From Bispira polyomma (Eukaryota), in contig OZ287750.1 of NCBI GenBank assembly GCA_965649765.1, forward strand, positions 34,534,001-34,598,000: a stretch of 64,000 bases of DNA, in the 5' to 3' direction. Shown one piece after another: positions 12,317 to 24,896 of the stretch; within the stretch, counting starts at the first letter, position 1; every line of letters starts with the position of its first letter. The notes beneath the pieces are model-generated. The model saw nothing but the letters and a program-made list of their open reading frames with translations, was not told the DNA's origin and made no database searches. A program made the position numbers and the translations under genes.

Positions 12317-15300
12317 TAAAACTCACGCTGACAGCGAGATAATGTCAAGCATGTATATTCCCATTAGATCTGTGGTACTGGACCGTGGTAAAGATCTTTG
12401 GATATAGGAACTGAATGCTCTATGTAGATATACAGGAAATCATCTGGAACTGAATCGACTGTGTCGATATAGGAACTAAATGAACTGTGTGGATATAGGA
12501 ACTGTATACACTGTGTGAATATTGCTATTAATATTAGTGCTGAGATCAGATGCAAGTTTCTGAAGTCGAGCATAGCGCTTGTGGGCCGAGTTGAACTAGT
12601 CAGATTTGAGGTGAACGGACAGCCATAATGATCAATATATCAATGAAAATATATATAAAATGAAGCACAAGTAGTAAACAATAATAACATAATGAAAAAA
12701 ATGGAGCTTCTAACAAATTTGTCAGTTATATTGCCCACCAGGTTTCAAATCTTGATATCTTAGCTTTTACAGCAAAATAGATCCAATCCTTTGTCATTAA
12801 ATCAACAAGTCAGGTTGTGTATTTTTACCAAATAAAATATGTCGTTTTGAAAGTATGCAAGCCATATTGAACCGTGTGTGCTATAAAATAATTATGTGTC
12901 GCTCACCCAATTCAATAATATTCTAATAATATTCTATTTTAAAACATCTTGCACTTTTGCCCTACATCGTTAACATTTGTGCATACATATCAGGGTTATG
13001 AATGAAGTAGTATTGCCTAGTGTTCTCTGATTTGTCAAATTTGATTATGTGTAGTGTTGGCATAGAGAATTCTGGAAGATTTAAGGCAAATGTAGGACAG
13101 AGTAGCGACTTTCCCACACCTGAAGGCAAGCTCACTGCTGATGCACTCAATGTTATTACTTTGTCAGTCTTCGAGTTCTGACTAGAGTTACGGTCAACTC
13201 AAGCATTTAAATAGCGCCCTATGAATATGTTACCGTCTAAGGCACTGGTCTCCGAAAAAGGATAGTACTACAACATAGCCTGGGTCGTCATCAGTAGGCA
13301 ATGTTGAGTTCACATCGTGTCCAAGGATATTTTTACACCCATGAACTTAACAGCATCAGCTGCAGTTGAACCAGGGACCTTGCGATCACCAGAGCCAACT
13401 CACTTCACCAGCCATCAGTCAGACCACTGACCCTCTGATCACCAGATATGTCAGCCCAAAGTATTATATTAAATGTCCTCAATTTTGTAAGGCTATTCAT
13501 ATCCAACAAGCAGCTCCATGATAGCTCTCAACAATCTTGCCAGAGGAAATTGTCTCTCCACCTTTGATTTTTTTCCCCAGAAAGCTAGCAGGTGCTAGAC
13601 TGGCTCACAAGTCTTTGTATTTTATCCCTATCCACCATGCATGAAGTCATTATGATTCCACTATGTGAATTGGATCAGTCTTCTCTGCACAAACACAAAG
13701 CATCATTATCAATTTACAAAGTCAAACTGCTCTCATATAATGCCTGATCAAAAAGACTTGAAGAAAGTCTAAGCAGGTTCCAGATTATTTGAATTCACAG
13801 TACATGTATATAGACAAGCTCTACAGTCAGTGTTCAAAACTGCCACCTTCCAGCAAGCATATTGCTTGCAAGTTTTAGGATAGGCAGGTATCTCTATAGA
13901 TTTGCCAGCCCATCTTGCTTGTATGTTAAGATAAATATTTAATAAAAAAATTTAATAAATAAGACGTTTGATATTTCACAATAAATGTTTGTTTTACAGT
14001 CTTTCTACTGTAGATAGTAGTCCCGTATAGATTAATCTATGAATATCAGTATAGAATATAAATCTTTTGCAGACTACTGGACAGAGAACTGTCGGCTTAG
14101 GCTTGTAACTTTTGAGAGTTAAAACCCCACTGGGCATGTAAGTTTCAGTGGTAGTTTCAAACACTGGAGACTACAACTACGGTGATACAACCGCTAGTGT
14201 TAGGAAACATGTTGTGTGAACCAAAGTGGGTGAAAGCCAGTCTATTCTGATACTGACATCTTAGAAGAAGAATATTAAACTAGTATGAGTTTATAATTGT
14301 AATTATAAATTATTTCTTTTGGGGGTATGGTTAATTCAGCACATTTTGACTGGTGCTCAGAAATTGACAATATTAAACAATATTTTTACTATTGTAATAT
14401 TGTATACATGTATTTATTCTGGAAACATGTTAAAAACTGATAATCCATTTCATTAGCGATAAAAGTTAATTTAACTGTTTTCAAAATCTTACTAGAATTT
14501 ACCAAGTTTGATGCTAAATTATTTTAAGATTTGAAATATGTAATATTTATTGCTTACATATATTATGATTACATATATTATGATCAAATCTAACTGCAGT
14601 AAAGAGCTTTTCTTCACCTTTTTTCTTCGCCTCTTTTAGTAATACTCCAATAAAAGTTATATTATGTAGAAAATGTAGTAAGTAATAAATACAAGCAAAA
14701 TGGATTCGGTTCCTTGACAAAAATCTTGGGGTAACTGATGATATTTTATAATCAAAGAAGTGGAAAGTTACAGTAATCTAAATCAATCTTAAGCCAGTAC
14801 TATCTACAATTGGCCTTAATCCAAAAAAAACAACATATTTCTGGGGTGGTATTTACTGACGGACATAGCTAAGTCTTAAATCTATACACTTTTGTGGTAA
14901 ATTTAAGTCTTAAGACTTTGCTAAGCCTGTTAGTGAATACAGGACCTGGGTCTTCTGTCTGTGTCTGACCCTAGACTTCACAATATCTACACGCCAGGCA
15001 TTCACTGGCTCTGAAATTCTAACATTTCATTTCCCTGCTAGTTTTATCAGGTATTTTGTGTGTTTTTCACTTGCATTTTAAACGAAAATCTACTATAATA
15101 TATATAGATGTCAATATTTCTGTATTAGTATGCATTCTAAGTTGGGCAGCCAGTTCAGGTGCCACACTAATTTGTTGTCACCTTTATAGGCCATACCAGT
15201 TATACATAAAATCAAGGGAGGCCGTTATGAAATCAATGTAGGGGGATTACATGGGGTGCATAATGCCCTCGTGTAATGTGAAATTGATTAGAAAACAAAA

Positions 15301-16959
15301 TTTTAGTAATAATGAATACAAAAAAATTAACCTAAACTATTGTCGCATAATGTAATGTGAATTTTTATAACTGTAATCTTTGTTAGCTGTGCCTTTGCTG
15401 TGCCATCATCTGTATTCGTGATCAACTTACTGTAGGCATTTTCGGTATTCCTTACTTTCTGTTGACAAATTACTGCTATTCAGTAATCATCGGAAACCAT
15501 GCAGCATTCATGAATAGTGTTTATTCGTGGATATTTTAACACCATCCTCCTGTGAACTCAAAATGGATACTGTGCCTCTCCTTGACTACTCTTATGCCCA
15601 TCTGACTATGATTACACAAAACCATAGCTAACCACATAGTACCAAAGAAGGCAGTTGTTTACCCATCTCCCATTCCTCCACAGATATACACAGATTCGTA
15701 CTACTCTTCATTTACTGCATTAAAAGTGAGTGGGAGTTAGTACCGTTGGGCCTAGTAGCACACAGACTCGGCTAATATTTAAGACCTCTTGTCATCTCTT
15801 GATTGAAGACACTATTAACTAAAATATTCTTATTTAAGAACTCTATTTTTCTGCGTTAGTTTCCTCTTTGAAGTCATAATATAGACAGGTCTAACAATGA
15901 CCCATCTTCTTAAATGCCAGCCTTCTAATGAGCACACACAGATTCAGTGAGTTTACATAGCTTCTATGTAAACAAGAAATACAATAACATCTGGTTTTAA
16001 TATACCTTCAGGTATGCTAGAATACCAAACTACAAATATCTCCACACAAATTCTTGCCATTTTGTCATACCTTTAGAGCAAAGTCAGAATGCTTCCTACA
16101 GATTAACATAGGAATCAGTGAGGCTGTGTTGCTATACATGTAGTAATTAAAACTGTTACACGATATAAATGCAGCATTGTGAGGAACACCTCTAATTGCT
16201 ATATTGTCCAAAAGTTGTCTAAAAGTGTTTTATTAAAACAATCGGCCCAACTATGTAAAGCATCAAGCTAGTATAAACCATACAATCAAAGATTACAATG
16301 ATCCCCTGCCATGGATGTGTATCAATAAATGATTTACCTGTGGAATGTTGAGGAGGTTGGAGGATTAGTGTGAAAGTTTGTGATCTAACAGTTTCTGTGA
16401 TAAACAAGAATTTAAACCTTGGCTGTATTAGACCCTTATTACCCTAGCGGTCGAAAATTGGCTAAAAAATTCTTAGTTTATATATGGAAAACTTGTATCA
16501 TGCGTTGTATCGACATTAAAAAGCCCCCTTATGAAATATTACCATTGTATGTCAAACAGTTGAGCTGTTATATAGACCTTGTACGACTGTTGCTATGTTT
16601 TTTTGCTTCTTGATTGGTTAATTAACTCTGTTGTTGCGCTTTAGAAGATGCATTAAGGCCATGTAAGATGCAAAATAGAATACAACATAGCATGCCTTGG
16701 ACATTTGGTTGGTGGAAGGTTAACAAAATGCCGATATTACATTTTAATGAAGATCCAGGCCCTAGTTTACACAAAGCTCTCCTAAAATTAGTACACAGTT
16801 TCCTATCAAGTCGTTCCTTTAGTAGAATCCTAGTATGGGATGCTAAACTCTATCACAAAATGTCAACTGAGGAGTGAGGACCAACTAATTTTCATGGACA
16901 GTAGAAAAATAGAGTAATCCCATTATTGTGGCTTAGTATTTTCATATTGTATTATATTT

Positions 16960-17190
16960 TGCATTTTTAACAAATCGTGAAGTTAAAAAAACATAGCCAG
17001 GTCGTAAGGAAGGATATGGGTGTGTGAACAGGGATGGAACTAAAGGGGTAAGCGTGTTTGAAGAAATAGCTTTTAAGTTTTCTCCTAAACCCAGATAGTA
17101 TTTCTAGTGATGTAAGCTCAACTGGGAGACTATTGCAGAACATAGGGGCAGTGATTGAGAAAGCTCTGGATCCAGCCCTTTTAGTGGGTT
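16960..17190 (-). mobile_element. L2-type LINE 3' fragment
   Basis: Translation GSRAFSITAPMFCNSLP...FRRKLKSYFFKHAYP matches the L2 ORF2 C-terminus. Confidence 0.7.
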
Positions 17191-17516
17191 TAACAGAGGA
17201 AACAATACCACATAGTAGGCTGCTCACTATGACAGCTGTACTTAGTATACCTACTTTGTGTTTAGAAAGATATGTTGTGAAATTAAAACCATACAATATG
17301 CGAGGTGAGTATACAGTAGAAAGAAGAAATGTAGAATTCACTGAACACATCACGGTTTTAGTACTATACAATATAGTGTCTTAGCCCAAAAGTGGGAAGG
17401 AGCGAGAAGGTTAATGAAAATAGTAGATTTAGCAAATCCTTGTTGTAAGCTAGTTATCAATTGTAAAATTAAAGAGCATTCTGACCAAAACTGGTTTTAA
17501 CTAATAATTTCATATA

Positions 17517-17684
17517 CAGTTGAACCACTTTAAGTTAAACCTTAACGGACCAGAAAAAGTACCTCTACCTAAGCATGATATCCACTTAACAGGTAAGATG
17601 TTAAAAATACCTTTGGGAGACAGATTTGTTATAACAAAAAAGGGAAATTGATAAAACAGTGTTCTACTTAAAGGGGTTTAACTG
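17517..17684. mobile_element. Tc1/mariner-type MITE (CAGT...ACTG termini, TA TSD); representative of several decayed copies (e.g. about 6310-6448 and 20400-20569)
   Basis: TA|CAGTTGAACCACTTTAAGT ... ACTTAAAGGGGTTTAACTG|TA. Confidence 0.7.
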
Positions 17685-18697
17685 TATATCGAATGCCAGT
17701 TTAATTTGATCAACTTCGCACTTTTGAGACCAATGTACACTAGGTCTAATAATCAACAACCATAATTAAATATTCTAAACCAGAAAAAGGGTGAACACTA
17801 AGAAGACAGCCAGTGATTATCAACTGCCCATTAATGCCAGACACGACACAAATCCTGCAAGATGACGAAACAGGTTTTTGAAATGGAATTTACATGCTAG
17901 GTAAACGAAAAACATAAATCAAATAGAACATTAAAATTTGATAAACAAAATCAGATGGATATACAGAATTTCCCAATATGTTCGGAAATCAGCAATGGCA
18001 TCTGTTTTGGCCTTGAAACTAAACCAAGTTCTAGCTTCAGAAGAACATTATTTTAGCTGGAATTAGTCTGAGAATTATTCTAGCTATGTCTGCCTGTGGT
18101 GAGGTTTTACAACTCTACAGCTAAATTTTGCTATGAGTAAACATTGGTCTGTTCCATGTTTTCCCCCTCACATTTCTGTTTAAATCTGGAAGATTGTTGA
18201 GTAACTAATGATGATATAAAAACAAGGTATTCACAGTATGTGGTCAGCTGACTAATATACACTTATCTATTGAATGAATGTTCTCTATACAGTGGAGGAG
18301 CCTCTTTTATCTGAAAGTCTTGATTGATAGTACCATCTTGTTTAGATAATAGAAGGTTCATCATATACTAGAGCCAATAAGAGGTATTTTAGTCTGAAAC
18401 AATGAAAAGATTTAAACTTGGGAGAGCAAAATAAAAGAAGTTTAAAAAATCGAGTAAGTTAATAGACGTCCTCCTGTACTTTAAAGCGTTGCAGTGTTAA
18501 CAAAATGAAGTGTGTATGATTAACCTCCTATTATCCAAACACAACCTTTCTCCCCGTAACATGTTTGACTAATATAGGTTCTTTATTTGCATAAAACCTG
18601 TTTTACTGTTTCTACTTGCATTAAATATGCTGTAACTTGCAGCTTGGTCTCAATTAAAAAAGTTATGTTGTGATCATTATCATAATTGCCTCAGATA

Positions 18698-19330
18698 TAT
18701 ATCTTTACATGTTAAATTTGAGCAACAACCAAATTTGCGGCTTCTGTCAGGTCTCTGAAGAAACAATAATGCATCTTTTTATTTCATGCCCGAAAGTTAA
18801 ACAATTTTGAAAAACTTTAAGACCTGGGCTCAAACAAGTTATGGCTTATTTTTGGAACTTAGTCCAAAATTTAATATATTTGGAGACATTGAGAAAGGGT
18901 TTGATCATTTCCTATAAAATGTTGTTATCCTTGGGTCAAAAAAATTCATTTATAAGTGGTCAAGGGAGTCTAAAATATTAGATATATATGCTTCTCAGTC
19001 CTGTTTTCGAAGAATATATACAGATCAGAAATATTCTGCTAAAGTTAACAATGAACATGATAAATTCTGAAGGCTCTGGTCAGTGTTCAGTACAGATGAG
19101 CAATAAGGTAAATCTAAAAAAAAAACTACTGTTTAAACATTTGTGATAATTGCAGTATATGTATATAAATGACCACTATGCCATTTGTAATTGCTATTTG
19201 ATTGCTATGTTACTTATATTTGTAATAATACTTATTACTTTGCTATTTGCTATGGATTGTATTTTTGTTGAATGGTTTCATTTGTTTTACCTATTGTAGA
19301 TAGTTGAAAGTTGAATAAAAACAAAAAAAT
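18698..19330 (+). mobile_element. 5'-truncated L1/Tx1-type LINE 3' end with A-rich tail and 12-bp TSD
   Basis: Decayed zf-RVT motif CGFCQVSEETIMHLFISCPKV, AATAAA plus an A-rich tail, and TSD TTGCCTCAGATA at 18686-18697 and 19331-19342. Confidence 0.8.
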
Positions 19331-22300
19331 TTGCCTCAGATAACTTTGTAATGCCATTACGAAGAGTTAAAGACAGGTACAATCTAATTGACGCTATCCC
19401 AGTTTTTCAATTTTATGAAGCTTGTGTTTTTTTAACTGCTCCTGAGGGGAGAAGGGTTGTGTTCGGATAATAGGAGGCTCATCATTCACACTTAATTTTG
19501 ATACCTGTATTAGCAAAACTAGGAATTTATTTTAATAAAGAATGGAAAATCAACGTACAATGACTGTGTAGAAAGATTATATCCAACATCTTGTACTTCA
19601 TGTTCTGTACCTTGTTCAGTTTATTTTGGTCAAATATTCCTCTGTTGTTCAGACTGTCTGGCCAGAAGATGTGAAAATAAGTCAAAGTATGTACATCATG
19701 TATACATGAAGAAAAGTATGTATAAAAACCCTCTCAAGTTCATCAGTGCCAGATTTTTCTGATAACTGAGTTGAGAAAACCTAGCTACCGTGTATATATT
19801 TCTATTTCCAGTGAAAAACAATGTAACCGTTTTTCTTGGCACAGAGTAATAGGAATTGTTGCCAATACTATTCATCATGTAAAAGCCTCAGTCACTCTGC
19901 CCTGACAACAACTAATGGTGCTTACATCACTGAAAGCCAAGTACTTTAAGGGTTATTGATGGCAACACTGAGGCGGAAATTTTAGCTCTATTGTAATTTC
20001 AATAATGTTTTTTTAATAATAAATCAGTTCCCTTGTAATAGGTATTTAAGAGCAAATATTAGGTACCATGCTATGTAAAACAAAAGAATTAAATGTTGTT
20101 AAAAGGGGGCCCAGAGAAAAATTGCTAAAATATATGTCTTTTAGACCAACTTACATAAAAGAAAAAATGGTTTTAGTTATTGATTATTTTATTAAACAGT
20201 TATAGTGTAACAATATGTCTAAGCGAGTGAATGCTGCAGAAATAGGTATTGAAATAAGTACATTTGTAATACATGTAATTCATTTTTATTGCACAAAACT
20301 TTACCATCAACATTGAATAATCTCAGCAAATATGTTGCGGTTTATGTTTTTAAACTTAATTATGTGTACAATATTACATTTAATTAGACATTTAGAAATA
20401 ATTGAACCCCTTTAACTAAAACACTGGTTCATCCATTTTCCCCATTATGTGGAGAAATATCTGTAGTACGACTGACGTCTTTTTTTTTAAAAGTGAAAAG
20501 CTTGTTTAAGAACATGTAGACATATTTCTCCTGGTCCCTTGAGGTTCAACTTAAAAAGGTTTAACTGTACTTTGATACTGCTTTTCAATCCAAGCATTTA
20601 AAAAAAATTTATCTATTTTTTTGCATATTGTTGTAAAATTTCTATACCGCCAAATTTTAATATAACAAACGAGGACTTTGTTTATCGATAAGACATTAAT
20701 AGTCATTGAAGTACATTAGTTTGGTGTTAACGTCGCTCTCAACATGTCTTTGTGTTATGACATGACAGGCAGAGTACTTGTAAAGGAAATCTCGACATAA
20801 CTGGCCTTTAGCATGTCTACTGCCAACTTTCTCACATACAGAGATTCGTACCCATGACTGCAGAGGTGGGAGGCGAGTGTGTTACCACTACACATCACCG
20901 AGCCCCACAGTAACTGAACTACAATGTACATGTATTTGTAACAGATAAGTTACTAGTTAGCACTATATATTATATAAACATACAAGCCGTTTAGATATAA
21001 CAAAAGTTATAGTAAACAGGACAATACAGGGTACCTTGTTGGTGTATTGAAGATAAAAGTTAAACAAAAAATATTTTTTCTCCTAATTGCCATTGTTAGC
21101 ACATAGCATGTGTTTTCTAATAAGTTTCCTTCAAAGGCCATGTTACTTTAATTAAGTTTTTCTTTATAAAATTTATTTTATAACGCAAACAATTCTATAT
21201 CTCTGTACTGTTTGTGTTACTAAAATTTGAAGCTTTAGTGTCAGGTCATGTATTGACTGCTTTTACACGATTCTAAAAACAGTAGTCAATGGATGCCAAA
21301 AAAAAGTATGGCTACAATAGGCACCTCAACAAAGGAAAATGGGGGAAAATACATTTTGTAATTTAGCCCATAAACGAGCATATAATTGATGGTTCACCAC
21401 ATTTATGTTCAAACACTTTTTTTCTCTCTTTGAACTAAGACGAACATGTACTTGCTAAACCAATGTTTGAACCATAAGCTTTATTACACAACATGTGAAA
21501 ATTTTTTTTTATCAAGTGATAATATATTCAGAATAATAAGACATAATAAGTCTGCTTTACACCCATACAATATTGGTGGGACATTTATTTCACACATACA
21601 AATACATTTATGATAGTGCACATATAGAAAATAGGCAGAAAGATAGTACAGTAATTGGCAGCTCTGTGTGTGATTTATGTGGTTAACCTATGATGATACA
21701 GAAATTAGAGGGAGGAAAAAAACTTTGTTTCACAGGAAACATGTTTGACAGTCTCAATTACTGTAAACCCATAAATTTCAGCAACAAATAAATAGTACAT
21801 TGATGACTTGTTTGTGGAGTTTAGTAGATTTTTATTATTCATAGTAATTTTTGTTAACAATCTTTCAATAAGCACAACTATCTTGGACTAGGCTTGCTTT
21901 AATTTAAACCTTTATTAAGAGAAACACTGAAAGAACCACCCTTTGGTCTTCGTTTGGATAGTCTCTACTTTTAAGATTGACTATTAGGTCCTTTGCAGAT
22001 GATAAGCGATACAGTGTGAGACATGGGGCACTACAAGTCGCTTACAACAACTATCACATGAGTATTAATATTCAAGTCTCAATCACACAGTCATTTTCTA
22101 TGTTATAGCCTGTTATCAATTTCAATGGGCGATGTGACAGGAAAAATAGATACCTTTCTAAATGAAGCTGTGTTGTCAAGTTCTAAACTGACAAGCACTC
22201 TTATGCTAGTATTTTGCATTGCATCACTTTTTATCTGCCAAGAGCTTAAGACTACTACCATTACCTGAAAAAAGTTCTTTTGTTCATAGAGTACCAAGAA

Positions 22301-22743
22301 ATGACTAGAATTTAAAACAACAGACACATAATGCAAACCAGTGATAGAACTAAGCAGAGTATAAAAGGTGTAGCATATACTTGATGTAAAGATAATTTGT
22401 AAATCAAATAAATTAAGAGATATAACATAAGCTCAGATAGCATTACTGGAACTGACACTTTATATGCATGATGGCACATGTATATCTATTAAGTAAATCT
22501 CTCTCATGTTAAAATTACCTGCCATTGTATTTCAAGAGGCGTGTTTTCATTTGATTTGATTTTAGTTTGTCGAAACATACTTGGCATATATTTTACCAGT
22601 TCCAAATTTGTAGTAGGTTACCCTTGTCCATTTTATACAAATAGCATTTAAAATCGTTAGATATGAACAATTGCTAATGCTAGCTGTTCTGCAGATATTA
22701 TACCTTTTGGAATTTTAAGGTCTTATTTTGGATTTTTAAGGTC

Positions 22744-23853
22744 TTACTTTGACAACCCATTAATCTTCAACCTTCCATCTTTAAGCATAGCAGTGACAGT
22801 GTTGGGGTCTACAAGTTCACTAAGTTCAAACTGCTTGCTGAAGGAAGACTTTGACTTCTTGCCTGCAGCATTTTCGATGTGTTCTGCCTCCACAGTCAGG
22901 TTTCGGCCATCTACCTTCACTACTAAGTCATCTGGCTCGTATGTTGGCCCGATGTTCATCATCAGTACCAGCTCACAGCCCTTTTCTGTGTTGTAAAATG
23001 TTGGTGTATCTAAAGGTGGAGTTTTGGCACGAACTGGGTTACTCTTCACGATGACTGGAACCCCTTCCTGTTTCTGTGTGGCAGTAGGAACCATATAGAT
23101 CTTTTGGGTGAATACTGGTGTGTTTTTGGAGCTACTGGTAGTCGACTGCGACCCTATTGCGGGTTCTGGGTGACTCATAACAGTGGGTGTATTATACCTT
23201 TTGGTTGTAGGCACGGAAGCTGGTGCTTGTCCAGAGTTCACGGACTGCGACGGTACTGGCGAGTTTGACTGAAGGATGTATTTGGGAGAATCCCTTCCTC
23301 CATCCGTGACACTCTTGTAATTTGGGGGAACTGGTGCAGAAATTGTTAGTATTCCATCCTTTGACATGACAGACTGCAACTTGTCATTGTCCACTTCGGT
23401 GGGGATCTTGATCTTTCTGCTGAACTCGTTAATGACCTTGTTGCCATTTTTGTCCTGCTCGTGTTTGGCTTCGACAACCATGGTGTCCTCTTGCACCTTC
23501 ACGCTCACTTCACTGGGGTTATACTCATGTACATCAAAGCTCATCTGGAAGCGACGACTCTTGGTCTGTGGATCCTCTACAAAGAGTGACTTCAGTGCAC
23601 TCTCATCCAGACTCTCGCTGCTACCTTTGAGGTCACTTCCCTGTGAACTTCTGACTCTGTTGAAAGGGTCACGGGGATGCAGTTTCATGAAGCCTCCACA
23701 CATGCGGTCAAAGTCGTTCCCAAATGCTGAACTGTGAAATGGCCTAGAGCCAAAGGACATGTCCATGTCATGATGCATGTCATCAAACATTCTGGACTGA
23801 CGGTCGTGGAAGCTGAAGTCATCTCTGCGGATGGGGACTCTGTGATAACTCAT
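22744..23853 (-). CDS. Small heat-shock protein with two alpha-crystallin domains (p40/major egg antigen-like), 369 aa, single coding exon
   Basis: ATG at 23853 is in a CCACCATG Kozak context, 17 nt after a TTACAG acceptor (exon starts 23870). First domain: FQMSFDVHEYNPSEVSVKV...AKHE...EFSRKIKIP.EVD...S.MSKDGILTISAP. Second domain: YEPDDLVVKVDGRNLTVEAEH...FSKQFEL...VDP..VTA.LKDGRLKI. A Ser/Pro/Thr-rich linker separates them. Confidence 0.9.
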   Translation of the reverse strand: MSYHRVPIRRDDFSFHDRQSRMFDDMHHDMDMSFGSRPFHSSAFGNDFDRMCGGFMKLHPRDPFNRVRSSQGSDLKGSSESLDESALKSLFVEDPQTKSRRFQMSFDVHEYNPSEVSVKVQEDTMVVEAKHEQDKNGNKVINEFSRKIKIPTEVDNDKLQSVMSKDGILTISAPVPPNYKSVTDGGRDSPKYILQSNSPVPSQSVNSGQAPASVPTTKRYNTPTVMSHPEPAIGSQSTTSSSKNTPVFTQKIYMVPTATQKQEGVPVIVKSNPVRAKTPPLDTPTFYNTEKGCELVLMMNIGPTYEPDDLVVKVDGRNLTVEAEHIENAAGKKSKSSFSKQFELSELVDPNTVTAMLKDGRLKINGLSK

Positions 23854-23955
23854 GGTGGACACTGGTTAATCTGTAATGTGATAAAATACATTTATAATAT
23901 ATAGTGACACATAGTATGAATTGAGTACAATGTTTAGATAAATAGTTATAAATTG

Positions 23956-24650
23956 TGTAGTACATGTTATTTTTCATTAGGATGTTGTATTACTTTCATA
24001 TGAATATGTGTATTTTATTTGCTGTATTTTTTTTTATGTAATGTTTTAACTGATGAGTTATATATGTATTTTATTTGCTGTAGTTTTAACTGATGAGTTT
24101 ATTTGAAGTTGTGGTATTTCAAAATTTGCAGTCTCCATTACGTGTCAGAATAATACACAGGTGAACTGCTGTAAAAGTAAAGGGAGGTAGTCCACCCTCA
24201 CCTTTGCACATTTGGAATTTATTGATTAATGTAAAGTTTAAACATAGCCACTGCAAGGCTAAGGTATTTTGCTTTCTCATATTTACTTCTGGACACATTT
24301 ATGTGTTTCTCCAGCTGTATGCAACTTGTCACTTTGACAGTTCAACTATCATGTGCAATACTTTTATTATTATAAGGCATTACTTTCCCACAGCACAGAA
24401 TTAGGATGGATAAGTTGGTAACAGCAATCTGGAGATTTCTTTGATTATTCTGAGTTAGTTTTTGATGGAATAAGAAGTGTTTTCAGCCATTGGGCTAGAT
24501 ATGTAAGATTTAAAAGAATGTATTAATTAGGCAGACCTAATTAATCATTATCTGAACCGTGTTGTTATTATCTAACAAATAATTATTAGGCAGACCTAAT
24601 TAATTGTAATGAAATAGATATATTAGGATTGTTAATGTAATTTCACTGTT
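23956..24650 (+). repeat. 5' LTR (3'-truncated: lacks the last ~70 bp and the primer-binding site)
   Basis: Matches 29477-30172 with about 8 substitutions and 1 indel by manual count, then diverges abruptly after tttcactgtt. Confidence 0.9.
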
Positions 24651-24896
24651 TTCACTGGAAAGAATAAGTTAAGTATAACTTCTAAAAATAAAGCAATAAA
24701 CTTGTGGACTGAGAGCGGATCTTTCATATTAATCTATAATTGATTTGATGTATGATATTAAGACTGGCCTAAGGGTAATTAAAGGCTGATCGAGTCTCAA
24801 CCAGTAATAATTGCTTTGTTTTATGTGAAAAGTCAAGTGGAAATCGTACATACCCAGAACAGTTAAATTCACCTATATTGTTTTACACGCTACATT

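Noticed and set aside
13828-14166. hAT-like MITE (CAGTGTT...AACACTG)
   Set aside because: TIR-like ends are visible but the 8-bp flanks do not match; too decayed to call.
22793-23737. Plus-strand ORFs overlapping the sHSP, and similar antisense ORFs over the LINE and gag-pol
   Set aside because: These are shadow ORFs of real coding sequence with no independent motifs.
24204-24404. Duplicated small ORF (also 29725-29943)
   Set aside because: It lies inside the LTRs, has a non-ATG start, and is frameshifted between the copies.
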